Origin: an uncultured Alphaproteobacteria bacterium
Lineage (GTDB): Bacteria; Pseudomonadota; Alphaproteobacteria; RF32; CAG-239
Direction of reading: 5' to 3'
Length of the DNA: 64,000 bases
Assembly: GCA_934276635.1 (NCBI GenBank)
Contig: CAKQTH010000001.1
Span: 200,098-264,097, forward strand
A model generated the notes under the pieces. That model made no database searches. It was not told where the DNA came from and saw only the letters and a program-made list of their open reading frames with translations. The stretch's first letter is position 1. Every line of letters starts with the position of its first letter. Of the stretch, positions 10,263 through 19,074 are shown piece after piece. A program made the position numbers and the translations under genes.

Positions 10263-10949
10263 TTATTTGAACAAATTTTCCAGATGATGCGATGAAAGGC
10301 CGTTTTTTGAAATATCCGCGGTCAATTTTCCGCTTCCGAGCATAATCACGCGCGACGCAACGGCATAAACTTCTTCCAGAATATGGGTGGAAATCAGCAC
10401 GATATTTGTTTTTCCGTATTCACGCAAGAATCCGCGCACAATTTCTTTTTGCGACGGATCAAGCCCTTCCGTCGGCTCGTCCAAAATCAAAATATCTGGT
10501 TTGTGCAAAAGCGCGCCTGCAATTTCAACCCTCTTTTTATATCCTTTTGAAAGGGTGGAGTTTTTTTGCCATACAACTTTAGAAAGCTGCAGTTTTTCAA
10601 TGATTTCGCGAACATTTTTTTGAAAATCATCAGGGGCGATTTGCTTTAAGTCGGCCGACATTTTCAGATAATCGTACACGCACATATCCGGATACAAAAG
10701 CGAGTTTTCCGGCACATATCCGATATGTTGCAAAATATCGGTGCGGCTTTTGTCGTATGTTTTATTAAAAATTTTTACAACGCCGCCGTCGGGCTGCAGA
10801 TATCCGGACACAACCTTCAAAAGCGTGGATTTTCCGGCTCCGTTTTGCCCCAAAAGCGCAACAATTTCGCCCAGATTTACCACAAAAGAAACATCATCAA
10901 GAGCGGTAATATCGCCGTATTTTTTTGAGACATTGCAAATTTCAATCAT
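10263..10949 (-). CDS. ABC transporter ATP-binding protein (GldA-like)
   Basis: Walker A GQNGAGKST, signature LSKGYKKRV and Walker B ILILDEP. The start is refined to MIEICNV with an AAGGGA RBS. Confidence 0.85.
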   Translation of the reverse strand: MIEICNVSKKYGDITALDDVSFVVNLGEIVALLGQNGAGKSTLLKVVSGYLQPDGGVVKIFNKTYDKSRTDILQHIGYVPENSLLYPDMCVYDYLKMSADLKQIAPDDFQKNVREIIEKLQLSKVVWQKNSTLSKGYKKRVEIAGALLHKPDILILDEPTEGLDPSQKEIVRGFLREYGKTNIVLISTHILEEVYAVASRVIMLGSGKLTADISKNGLSSHHLENLFK

Positions 10950-11095
10950 ATTTTTCCCTTTCGTATACATCTTATATTAGCGGCTTTTTTTTAAATTTTA
11001 ACAACTATTTTCATTTTTTTAAAAATGATTGATGACAAACGCGATTTTTTGCTCTATTTTAGATAAAAATATAAGGATATATAGGGAGTGTAATT

Positions 11096-11620
11096 TTGCA
11101 CAATACTTTTTCAAAAGAAGATGCGAAGGCGTTCAAAGTCGGCCTTTTTGTGTCGATAATTTTGCTTTTTGCCGGCGTTTATTTTATAAATTCGCAGCAG
11201 AAGTTTGCAAAGGTAGATGACGGCAAATATTATCAGCTGAAGGCCAGATTCGGCCGCACTGACGGGCTTTTGACCGGCGATTTGGTTCGGCTTTCCGGCG
11301 TTGATGTCGGCAGAGTTATCAAGGCGGACCTAGATGACGAGTTTAAGGCGGTGTTGACCTTAGAAGTCAAAGATGATGTCAAAATTCCGGACGACAGCAG
11401 CGCATCGATTGTCAGCTCGGGGCTTATGGGATCAAAATATATTGAAATAGATGTCGGAAGTTCGGAAGATTATCTTGAACCGGACGGAGAATTTGAATAC
11501 ACGCAGGACGCAATGGTTATAGAAGAGTTGCTTGACCGCATTGTCGGAATGGGCAAAACCAAGCGCCAAAAACAAGAAAATTCAGCAGAAGAAATATTCG
11601 AAGGAGAAGATGATGAATAA
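11096..11620 (+). CDS. mlaD: MlaD/MCE-domain protein (paralog 1), TTG start
   Basis: N-terminal TM helix plus a single MCE domain (GDLVRLSGVDVGRV). AGGGAG RBS before the TTG start. Confidence 0.7.
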   Translation: MHNTFSKEDAKAFKVGLFVSIILLFAGVYFINSQQKFAKVDDGKYYQLKARFGRTDGLLTGDLVRLSGVDVGRVIKADLDDEFKAVLTLEVKDDVKIPDDSSASIVSSGLMGSKYIEIDVGSSEDYLEPDGEFEYTQDAMVIEELLDRIVGMGKTKRQKQENSAEEIFEGEDDE

Positions 11621-12074
11621 AAAACCGATAGAAACCATTATGGGCCTTGTTGTATTGATTGTGGCCGGATTGTTCCTGCTGTTTGCCTATCAGGTATCCG
11701 ATCTGCAGGTGGTTAAGGGCTATGAAATCCGCGCAGATTTTTCAAAAGTCGGCGGTTTGAGCGTCGGTTCCGATGTTCGCTTAAACGGCATCAAGGTCGG
11801 CACGGTTGTTTCGCAAAAACTCAACAAAGACACATATAATGCAGAAGTCACGCTCAGTCTTTCTCCTGATTTGAAATTGCCGAAAGACAGTGAAATTGCG
11901 ATTGCTGCGGACGGTCTTTTGGGCGACAAGTTTATCAAAATCGAGCCGGGTACATCAACAGAGTTTTTTGCAAACGGCGATACCGCAACAAATGTAAAGA
12001 ATTTCAAAACTTTGGAAGATATGGTCGGCGAAATTATCTTTATGGTGACGGACAATGGGGATAAAAAAGAATAA
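11610..12074 (+). CDS. mlaD: MlaD/MCE-domain protein (paralog 2)
   Basis: TM helix plus MCE domain (DVRLNGIKVGTV). The start ATGATG overlaps the stop of paralog 1. Confidence 0.7.
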   Translation: MMNKKPIETIMGLVVLIVAGLFLLFAYQVSDLQVVKGYEIRADFSKVGGLSVGSDVRLNGIKVGTVVSQKLNKDTYNAEVTLSLSPDLKLPKDSEIAIAADGLLGDKFIKIEPGTSTEFFANGDTATNVKNFKTLEDMVGEIIFMVTDNGDKKE

Positions 12075-12705
12075 TATCGGCGTTTGGGCTCTTGCTTTTT
12101 TGCTCGGGTCGGCGTTTTCTGCCGGAGCGGTCGAGATTGAGCGCAATACGGCGCAAATGCAGGCGATGGACAAGATTACGGGCCGCGTCAGCATTATAGA
12201 AGTTCCGGTCGGCGGCGAGGTCAAATTTGGCACTTTTTCGATTGTGGTGCGCAAATGCAAGACTCGTAGTGCGGAAGAAACTCCTGAAAATTTTGCCTTC
12301 GTCGATGTGGCAGATAGCTCGTTCGGCGAAGAACCGTTCAATATCTTTAAGGGTTGGATGCTGTCTTCAAATCCGGCGATAAATCCGGTAGAACACCCGA
12401 TTTATGATGTCTGGCTCTTAAAATGCATAAACGCCAAAGTTGATGCCGATGCGCTTTTGTCCCCGATTGCGATGGAAGAAAGAGACAAGCTTCCGTCTGT
12501 TCAAAAAATTTCGGAAGAGAGCAGATCGCTCAAAGAAAATACTTTGACCGAAAAAGCGCCTGAAGAGCAAGCACAAGAGCAACCGCAAGCGGAGGTTCAG
12601 ACAGATGCGCAAACAGAACAGCAAGAGCCGATTGCCGCGCCGGAAGCCGAAAGCGATGATGACTTTTTGCAGGCCATAAATCAAGAACTCGAAAATTTGG
12701 AATAA
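12055..12705 (+). CDS. DUF2155-like secreted protein
   Basis: Signal peptide plus conserved core (GRVSIIEVPVGGEVKFGTFSI...CKTR). C-terminal acidic Q/E-rich tail. Confidence 0.5.
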   Translation: MGIKKNNIGVWALAFLLGSAFSAGAVEIERNTAQMQAMDKITGRVSIIEVPVGGEVKFGTFSIVVRKCKTRSAEETPENFAFVDVADSSFGEEPFNIFKGWMLSSNPAINPVEHPIYDVWLLKCINAKVDADALLSPIAMEERDKLPSVQKISEESRSLKENTLTEKAPEEQAQEQPQAEVQTDAQTEQQEPIAAPEAESDDDFLQAINQELENLE

Positions 12706-12708
12706 ACG

Positions 12709-13656
12709 ATGGAAAATCAGATAGATGTAAGCTTTGTAATGACGGTTTATAATAAGGAATATTATCTTCCGTCGGTGTTAAAGGCTTTGCTCGGGCAAAC
12801 CGGGTTGAAAAATCCGGAATATATCTTTGTGGACGACAACTCTTCGGACAAGTCGGTTGAGATAATCCGCGAGATGACCAAAGATTTGAAAAATGTCAAG
12901 ATTTTTGCCAACAAAGACAACAAGGGCATCAGCGTTCGCATCAATCAGGGGATTATGGCGGCAAGCGGAGAATATACCCGCATGCTTGATTCCGATGATA
13001 TTTTTCCGCTCGATTCGACAGAGAAGATGTTGAAAATCGCGCGGGAATACAATGTTGATATGGTATACGGAAACTTTATCAAAACCGGACAAAAGCCGCA
13101 CAAACTCGAGCATTGCACGCTTGAGCCGTTCAGCATCAAAAAATATGACGATGCGATGCGCGCCATTTTGAGCGGCAGATATACCCGAATGGGACAACTG
13201 ATAAAAACATCTGTTTTGCAGGCTGCCGGCGGGGCAGACGAGCGGATATTCGTTCAGGACGAGAGCATACCTCTGCGTTGCGGAATTTTGTCTCATGGGA
13301 TTGCAAAAATCAGTGCGAATGTTGTGTTGGTGCCAGAAGAAATCGGCAATGCGTCAGGCAACAAGTCGCAGCTCAACTTTGATCGGTTTTTCGCCTATTA
13401 TTGGATTTTGCGCGAACACCGCGATTTGCCGAAAGACATATTGCAAAAACTGTATATGCGTGCGGTTTCCGCATATTGGAAACAGGTGAAAAGAACGGCG
13501 AAAGCTCCGTTTTTGAGCAGTGCGTTTTTCAGATATATTATGTGCAAGGCGCGCAAACCGCTGCCGGACTTTAAGTATTTGGAAAAAATGAAAAAATCGT
13601 TTTTAATGCTTGATAATGTCAGAAAAATGCAATATTCTGATAATCAGCAGGTATAA
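12709..13656 (+). CDS. family 2 glycosyltransferase
   Basis: VSFVMTVYNKE...DDNSSD...DSDD GT-A motifs. Confidence 0.8.
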   Translation: MENQIDVSFVMTVYNKEYYLPSVLKALLGQTGLKNPEYIFVDDNSSDKSVEIIREMTKDLKNVKIFANKDNKGISVRINQGIMAASGEYTRMLDSDDIFPLDSTEKMLKIAREYNVDMVYGNFIKTGQKPHKLEHCTLEPFSIKKYDDAMRAILSGRYTRMGQLIKTSVLQAAGGADERIFVQDESIPLRCGILSHGIAKISANVVLVPEEIGNASGNKSQLNFDRFFAYYWILREHRDLPKDILQKLYMRAVSAYWKQVKRTAKAPFLSSAFFRYIMCKARKPLPDFKYLEKMKKSFLMLDNVRKMQYSDNQQV

Positions 13657-13680
13657 AATTATTTGGAAAGGAATCAGATT

Positions 13681-14289
13681 ATGAAAATAAACGAGAGCGG
13701 TCGTTCGATGATTGAAATGTTGGGTGTATTGTCGATTATCGGCGTATTGTCAACCAGCGGTATCGCGTTATACAGCAAAGCGATGGATAAAAGAAAAACA
13801 AGTGTGGTTATTGATCAAGTTTCGGAGCTTGCGAATAATATTCATAATGTTTATATGTCCAGAAGAAATTATAGCGGCTTAAAACTTAACGGAGAAGGTG
13901 GAATAATAAAGTCAGGTGATAAGCATAAGATTATTCCTGCCAGTATGTATGTAAAAGACAATGGCGAATTATCAGCAGTGCGTCACGCTCTTGGCAAAAA
14001 AGATGAAAAGATTGACCTTGCTGCTGCTTCAGATAATGATAAATATTTTTATATTACTGCGCCTTTGTCCGATAATGTTAAGACATGTGTTTCTTTGGTT
14101 ACATCAGATTGGGGTGAAGGAAATTATGTTTGTGTTGGAGAAGTGAAAAGTCAAGGAGATGCAAAAAAAGCAGCCAATAGTACTAGCAAAACATGTGCGG
14201 AAGGGTCTATGGATACTTCAACCGCATCAGGCAAAGATCTCTGCCAAGCCTGTAAAGGAAGTTGCACAGTTTCATTTATAATGAGATAG
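13681..14289 (+). CDS. type IV pilin-like protein (prepilin-type N-terminal cleavage/methylation domain)
   Basis: MKINESG|RSMIEMLGVLSIIGVLS: short leader, Gly at -1, Glu at +5 and a hydrophobic helix. C-terminal Cys pair. Visibly lower GC than neighbours. Confidence 0.6.
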   Translation: MKINESGRSMIEMLGVLSIIGVLSTSGIALYSKAMDKRKTSVVIDQVSELANNIHNVYMSRRNYSGLKLNGEGGIIKSGDKHKIIPASMYVKDNGELSAVRHALGKKDEKIDLAAASDNDKYFYITAPLSDNVKTCVSLVTSDWGEGNYVCVGEVKSQGDAKKAANSTSKTCAEGSMDTSTASGKDLCQACKGSCTVSFIMR

Positions 14290-14434
14290 ATAATCGTGAT
14301 TTCAGAAAAAGGCATCTGTTTAGGTGCCTTTTTTGTTGCTCAAAGGGTGTGAAATATGCTCAAAATATGCTTTGACAGCAAAAACACATTGTGATAATTT
14401 TCTGTTAAATACCGATAAAACACAGGTGGTTGCA

Positions 14435-14896
14435 ATGCAAAAAATCGAAAATTTTACTGATGACGAAACGCGTTTTCTCTCAAACTTTTATCCGCACAAA
14501 AAAGACGGCGGAAAATATCCGCACAAAGTTTGCGTCACATATAACGGACACACTTTTGACTGTGTGGAAACCGCGTATCAGGCGGCAAAATACATTGATT
14601 CCGCAAAGCAGGCTCAGTTTGTTTTAATGTCCCCTTATGAGGCCAAAGACTATTGGGAAAATCGCACGGATTGGCGTTCGGATTGGCACGATATAAAACT
14701 TTCGATTATGCAGGATTTGGTTTGGCAAAAATTTTCAAATTCTCCGGAATTGGCAAAAATGCTGCTTGAAACCGGTTATGCGGTTTTGGAAGAGGGAAAC
14801 GATTGGGGCGACACATTTTGGGGAATATGCGACGGGAAGGGCGAAAATCATCTCGGAAAGATTTTGATGCATACCCGCGAAAAACTCCGCAAATAA
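14435..14896 (+). CDS. NADAR (YbiA/DUF1768) family protein
   Basis: FLSNFYPH...ETAYQAAKY...NDWGDTFWGICDGKGENHLGKILMHTR motifs. Start chosen at MQKIENF. Confidence 0.7.
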   Translation: MQKIENFTDDETRFLSNFYPHKKDGGKYPHKVCVTYNGHTFDCVETAYQAAKYIDSAKQAQFVLMSPYEAKDYWENRTDWRSDWHDIKLSIMQDLVWQKFSNSPELAKMLLETGYAVLEEGNDWGDTFWGICDGKGENHLGKILMHTREKLRK

Positions 14897-14899
14897 GTC

Positions 14900-15310
14900 T
14901 TATTTTGCCACGCAGTTGTTGCCTGACCAACTCCAGCCTCTTATAATTCCTTCAAAAATCAAAAACGATGTTTGGCATACGCGCGATACCTCAACCCCGA
15001 GATATTGCTGCATCGGGTTATAGTTATACATATCGGCAAACGGATAGTAGATGTCTTCAACTCCGGGAAACGGCTGGTCGTTATATTCATAAAATTCTGA
15101 CGGAACATACATCTCTTCCAGATTGGTATAAGTCAAAATTTTTGTGTCTTTGTTTATGATATTTTGTGCGCTCGGCCTGCCGAATTTTTGCAACAGGGCG
15201 CTTTCCGGCTGATTTAAGAGTCCGTTTAGTTTCTTGTCATATTTTTGTGTTGTGGCGCAGGCTAGCAAAAACATTATGAGCATCAGACAAAAGCTTATTT
15301 TTTGTATCAT
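14900..15310 (-). CDS. hypothetical lipoprotein
   Basis: Signal peptide with lipobox LLAC. No family recognised. Confidence 0.45.
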   Translation of the reverse strand: MIQKISFCLMLIMFLLACATTQKYDKKLNGLLNQPESALLQKFGRPSAQNIINKDTKILTYTNLEEMYVPSEFYEYNDQPFPGVEDIYYPFADMYNYNPMQQYLGVEVSRVCQTSFLIFEGIIRGWSWSGNNCVAK

Positions 15311-15470
15311 TTTTTCTCTCCGAGATGTTTCGTTTGCCTAAAATGTATGAAAAAAGCAGGATTTTTCAAGTTATACCAAAGGATAAACCGAAATGAAAAA
15401 TATGTTTGCAAAATATCTTTTTAGTTGATAAAACAGTGAAAATTATTTTGATAGATTCGGGCTTTTTAAT

Positions 15471-16025
15471 ATGAAAAAAATTTTGTTTGTTGCGGCTTTT
15501 GCTGCCGTGTTTTGTTTCGGATCTGCCGCTTTGGCCGCAGACGATGAAGAAAGTTGGTTTTCAAAGTGGAAAAGCAATGTTTCCGCTGTTGCCGATTCGT
15601 CAAATTATGACTTGTATATCCCGGCGTATGCGTGGCACAACCGTCTGACATATGATCAGGAACATATTGATAAATATAATGAAAACCCGTGGGGCGCCGG
15701 CGTCGGCAAACATATTTATGACAATAACGGGCATTGGCACGCGCTGTATGCGATGGCGTTTAAGGATTCTAACAAACACCTTGAAACAATTTTCGGCTAT
15801 GCTTATCAATACAACTGGTATTTTGGCGAGGCAAAAGATTTTATTGCCGGCGTCGGATATACTCTGAGCCTTACTCAACGCTCCGAATATGCATATATTC
15901 CGGTACCATTGCCGCTGCCGGTGTTTGGCGTCGGATACAAAAAACTCAGCGTTCAGGCCGCATATGTTCCAGGGGTGAAAAATGACGGAAATGTGCTGTT
16001 TACCTGGGTAAAAATAGAGCTTTAA
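15471..16025 (+). CDS. pagP: lipid A palmitoyltransferase PagP
   Basis: YDLYIPAYAWHNRLTYD...YNENPWGAGVG...GHWHALYAMAFKDS...YIPVPLPLPVFGVGY...GNVLFTWVKIEL is collinear with enterobacterial PagP. Confidence 0.8.
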   Translation: MKKILFVAAFAAVFCFGSAALAADDEESWFSKWKSNVSAVADSSNYDLYIPAYAWHNRLTYDQEHIDKYNENPWGAGVGKHIYDNNGHWHALYAMAFKDSNKHLETIFGYAYQYNWYFGEAKDFIAGVGYTLSLTQRSEYAYIPVPLPLPVFGVGYKKLSVQAAYVPGVKNDGNVLFTWVKIEL

Positions 16026-16042
16026 GCACTGTTTTGAGCAAC

Positions 16043-16074
16043 AAAAAACGGTAGAATTTCTACCGTTTTTTTTA
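16043..16074. terminator. bidirectional rho-independent terminator
   Basis: aacggtag-aattt-ctaccgtt hairpin flanked by an A-run and a T-run, between the convergent pagP and ptsN genes. Confidence 0.55.
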
Positions 16075-16090
16075 TAGTTGTGAAAAAATG

Positions 16091-16534
16091 CTAACTCTTC
16101 AAAATTGCGAACATTTTATCTCTTCTGGTGCATTCACGCAGTTTGGCGCATCTTTTCTCGTCTTTCAAAACTCTTGAAATTGTGGCAAGTGCAGTCAGGT
16201 GATCGGCGCCGCTGTTTTCCGGAGAAATCAGCATAAACACCAAATCAACTGGCTTGCCGTCAGCCGATTCAAAATCAATCGGTTGGTCTGTTTTTGCAAA
16301 AAAAGCCTTTACTTTTTTCACATCGGGAATGCGTGCGTGCGGAAACGCCGTTCCTTCACCGAAACCGGTACTGCCCAAACTTTCACGTTCAAGCAATGCA
16401 TCAAAGATCACACGCGAGTCAATATCAAGAGCTTTTGCGGCCTTATCAGCCAACTCTTGCAACAAATCGCGTTTGCTGCCCGCCTTCAAATCGGCGAATA
16501 CATTTTTTTCTGCCAAAATATCAGAAAGCTGCAT
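16091..16534 (-). CDS. ptsN: PTS IIA-like nitrogen regulatory protein PtsN
   Basis: EIIA-Ntr fold with FGEGTAFPHARI around the active His. Confidence 0.8.
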   Translation of the reverse strand: MQLSDILAEKNVFADLKAGSKRDLLQELADKAAKALDIDSRVIFDALLERESLGSTGFGEGTAFPHARIPDVKKVKAFFAKTDQPIDFESADGKPVDLVFMLISPENSGADHLTALATISRVLKDEKRCAKLRECTRRDKMFAILKS

Positions 16535-16545
16535 TTTTTTGTGTC

Positions 16546-17112
16546 CTAATTTTCAGCCTTAGGCTCAACCCAGCCGATATTTCCGTCTTTGCGGCGATAT
16601 ACCATGCTGATATGATTGTTGGCCACATTTCTGAACATCAAAGCCGACTCGTTTTCCAAATCCATATACATAACGGCTTCAGAAACCGTGCAAACCGGAA
16701 TGTTTACATCTGTTTCGGCAATGGTCAAAGGAGCATCGATATTGATGTCAACTTCTTCTTCTGTTTCCATCAACGGATAAACAGCGGCGTTGGCAACTTC
16801 GCTCATGCCGGTCTTGCCCTTGTGATCCTTCAATTTTGTTTTATGACGACGAAGACGGGTTGCAATATGTTCGCAAGCGTTGTCAAATGCCGAATACGGA
16901 TCGCCGGCGGCGCCTTCGCCCTTCAAGATAATGTTTTTAGCCGGATGAACCGTAACTTCTGCGCTGAAATCTTCGCCTTCCTTAGAAAAAGCGACATTGC
17001 AGCTGATCGGAGCGCTAAAATACTTGTTAACGGAATTGGTAATATTCTCTTCAACATGATTGCGGAGTTTATCGCCAATATCAACCTGTTTTCCTGTCAA
17101 TGTAATTTTCAT
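16546..17112 (-). CDS. hpf: ribosome hibernation promoting factor (long HPF)
   Basis: MKITLTGKQVDIGDKLRNHVEE N-domain plus the C-terminal dimerisation domain. Confidence 0.85.
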   Translation of the reverse strand: MKITLTGKQVDIGDKLRNHVEENITNSVNKYFSAPISCNVAFSKEGEDFSAEVTVHPAKNIILKGEGAAGDPYSAFDNACEHIATRLRRHKTKLKDHKGKTGMSEVANAAVYPLMETEEEVDINIDAPLTIAETDVNIPVCTVSEAVMYMDLENESALMFRNVANNHISMVYRRKDGNIGWVEPKAEN

Positions 17113-17219
17113 AATTTTTCCTTGTTATAATATAGTTTAATTAAACAAACGCGGGATAAAACCCGTTTCCCCTCATATGGTAACCCGATTCTATCAGAGC
17201 TGAATAAAAAATGCAAGCA

Positions 17220-17969
17220 TCATAATGAAAAATGTTCACCGAGATATACTTTTCTGACATCTTTGTCCGAAACAATCTCGCTCGGAGTGCCTTCCATCAA
17301 CACGCTGCCCGAGTGTAATATATACGCTCTGTCAATAATATCAAGGGTTTCACGCACATTGTGGTCCGTAATCAGAACCCCGAGACCTTTGTGTTTCAGC
17401 TGTGCGACCAGACCCCTGATTTCACCGACCGCAATCGGGTCAATACCGGCCAGCGGCTCGTCAAGCAATATATATTTCGGCTGACTGGCCAATGCACGCG
17501 CAATTTCAAGCCTTCTGCGTTCACCGCCCGACAGCGCGATTGACGGAGATTTTCTCAAATGAGCAATCGAAAATTCGTTCAGCAGCTCTTCAAGCATATT
17601 TTCACGCTTGTCTTCATCATCAATCACCAGCTCCAAAATCGCCTTAATGTTGTCCTCAACGCTCAGACTGCGGAAAATTGAAGCCTCTTGCGGCAAATAT
17701 CCGATACCGAGGCGGGCGCGGCGGTACATCGGCATTGTCGTGATATCTTGGCCGTCAATATGGACATCGCCGTAATCCGGAGTAATCAAACCCGTAATGC
17801 AATAAAAACAAGTCGTTTTGCCGGCGCCGTTCGGACCCAAAAGCCCGACTGCTTCACCGCGCTTCACATTAAGCGAAACATTGCGCAAAACCGTTCTGTT
17901 CTTATATTTTTTGCCGATATTGAAAACTTCAAGTACGGAATTGTTATCCTGATTGTTTTTTTCTGCCAT
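17220..17969 (-). CDS. lptB: LPS export ABC transporter ATP-binding protein LptB
   Basis: Walker A GPNGAGKTT, signature LSGGERRR and Walker B LLDEP. The start is refined to MAEKNNQ, 1 nt after the upstream stop. Confidence 0.85.
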   Translation of the reverse strand: MAEKNNQDNNSVLEVFNIGKKYKNRTVLRNVSLNVKRGEAVGLLGPNGAGKTTCFYCITGLITPDYGDVHIDGQDITTMPMYRRARLGIGYLPQEASIFRSLSVEDNIKAILELVIDDEDKRENMLEELLNEFSIAHLRKSPSIALSGGERRRLEIARALASQPKYILLDEPLAGIDPIAVGEIRGLVAQLKHKGLGVLITDHNVRETLDIIDRAYILHSGSVLMEGTPSEIVSDKDVRKVYLGEHFSL

Positions 17970-17970
17970 A

Positions 17971-19074
17971 TTATCTGCTCCGAATTTCGGTTGTTTTAAG
18001 TTTTTTGAATGTTCCTCGAACACGCGAGTTGTTGTTTTTTGAGACGATTTTGCTGAGACCGGTGTTGAGGTCGGTTGTGGCATAGTCTCCGAAAATTTTG
18101 TTTCCGTCTTGCTCGATTACAACATTGTCAAACAGCTCTATGAGCCCGTTTTTTGGTGAATATTCTGCGCGGGAGGCGTGCACCGTTCCTTTTTCGGACA
18201 CAAGTTTTACATTGCTTTTTGCTGACAAAGATTCAATTTCGGGCTGGTTTTCGCCGTCTTTATAAAAAATGGTGATTTCATCGGCAAACAAGGTGTTCCC
18301 GTCGGTCATAACTTTTGCATTGCCCTCAATCACGATTTTCTTTTCGTTTTTATATAAAGTGACGATTTTTGAAGAGTTGATAATCACATCGTCCGGCTGA
18401 TGACAAATTTTTATATCGGTTTTTCCCAACAGATTGAAAATATTATTTTTGTTATCAACTTGAAAACCTTTACTCTTCATGGTGCCGTAAACTCCGGCCG
18501 CCACAACATCGGACTTTCCTTCGCCGGTAGAAGTTTTGAAATCAAAATTGAAGTTTTTGGTCGAAAGGCTTGTTTCGTTATTATAATTTACAAACACATC
18601 TTCAGTCATCATAATACGGTTGTTGCTCTGGTCAAAATATCCGGAAGACGACATAATGTCGGCAAACGCATCGTTTTTGAGAGGAACATTCGCATGCGGA
18701 TTGCTGAGCTTGATAACCTTTGAAGAGGGTTTTGTCTCGTCAATATTATCGGCCGTAAGCTGACTGATTTGATTGTCCGCATCGGTAACATAAAATTTTG
18801 TGCTTTCGATATGGAGCTTTTCAAGTTCGCCTTTTTTGGGCATTGTGACATCAAAACTGATGCTTTTTTGCGAAGATTTCAGGTGCGGAAAAACCATCAG
18901 CAAACCGATAAGCGCCGCCGCAATCGCCGGCAGAATCAGCTTGATAAATCTGATTTTTTTTTCGTGCACGCTGATTTTTATTTCGGAATCTTCCCGTTTC
19001 AGAGATTCTTCACTCGCAAATACGGAATCAATTTTTTTAAGGTCAAACACTAAGCAACTCCGGCGCGCAAGCAA
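17971..19074 (-). CDS. LptC/LptA-like OstA-domain protein (possibly fused)
   Basis: N-terminal TM helix and two OstA-like beta-jellyroll segments. Directly upstream of lptB. The start is uncertain because it overlaps the kdsD stop. Confidence 0.5.
   Translation of the reverse strand: MLARRSCLVFDLKKIDSVFASEESLKREDSEIKISVHEKKIRFIKLILPAIAAALIGLLMVFPHLKSSQKSISFDVTMPKKGELEKLHIESTKFYVTDADNQISQLTADNIDETKPSSKVIKLSNPHANVPLKNDAFADIMSSSGYFDQSNNRIMMTEDVFVNYNNETSLSTKNFNFDFKTSTGEGKSDVVAAGVYGTMKSKGFQVDNKNNIFNLLGKTDIKICHQPDDVIINSSKIVTLYKNEKKIVIEGNAKVMTDGNTLFADEITIFYKDGENQPEIESLSAKSNVKLVSEKGTVHASRAEYSPKNGLIELFDNVVIEQDGNKIFGDYATTDLNTGLSKIVSKNNNSRVRGTFKKLKTTEIRSR

Noticed and set aside
16294-17130. 278-aa plus-strand ORF overlapping ptsN and hpf
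   Set aside because: It is antisense to two well-supported genes and has non-protein-like composition.
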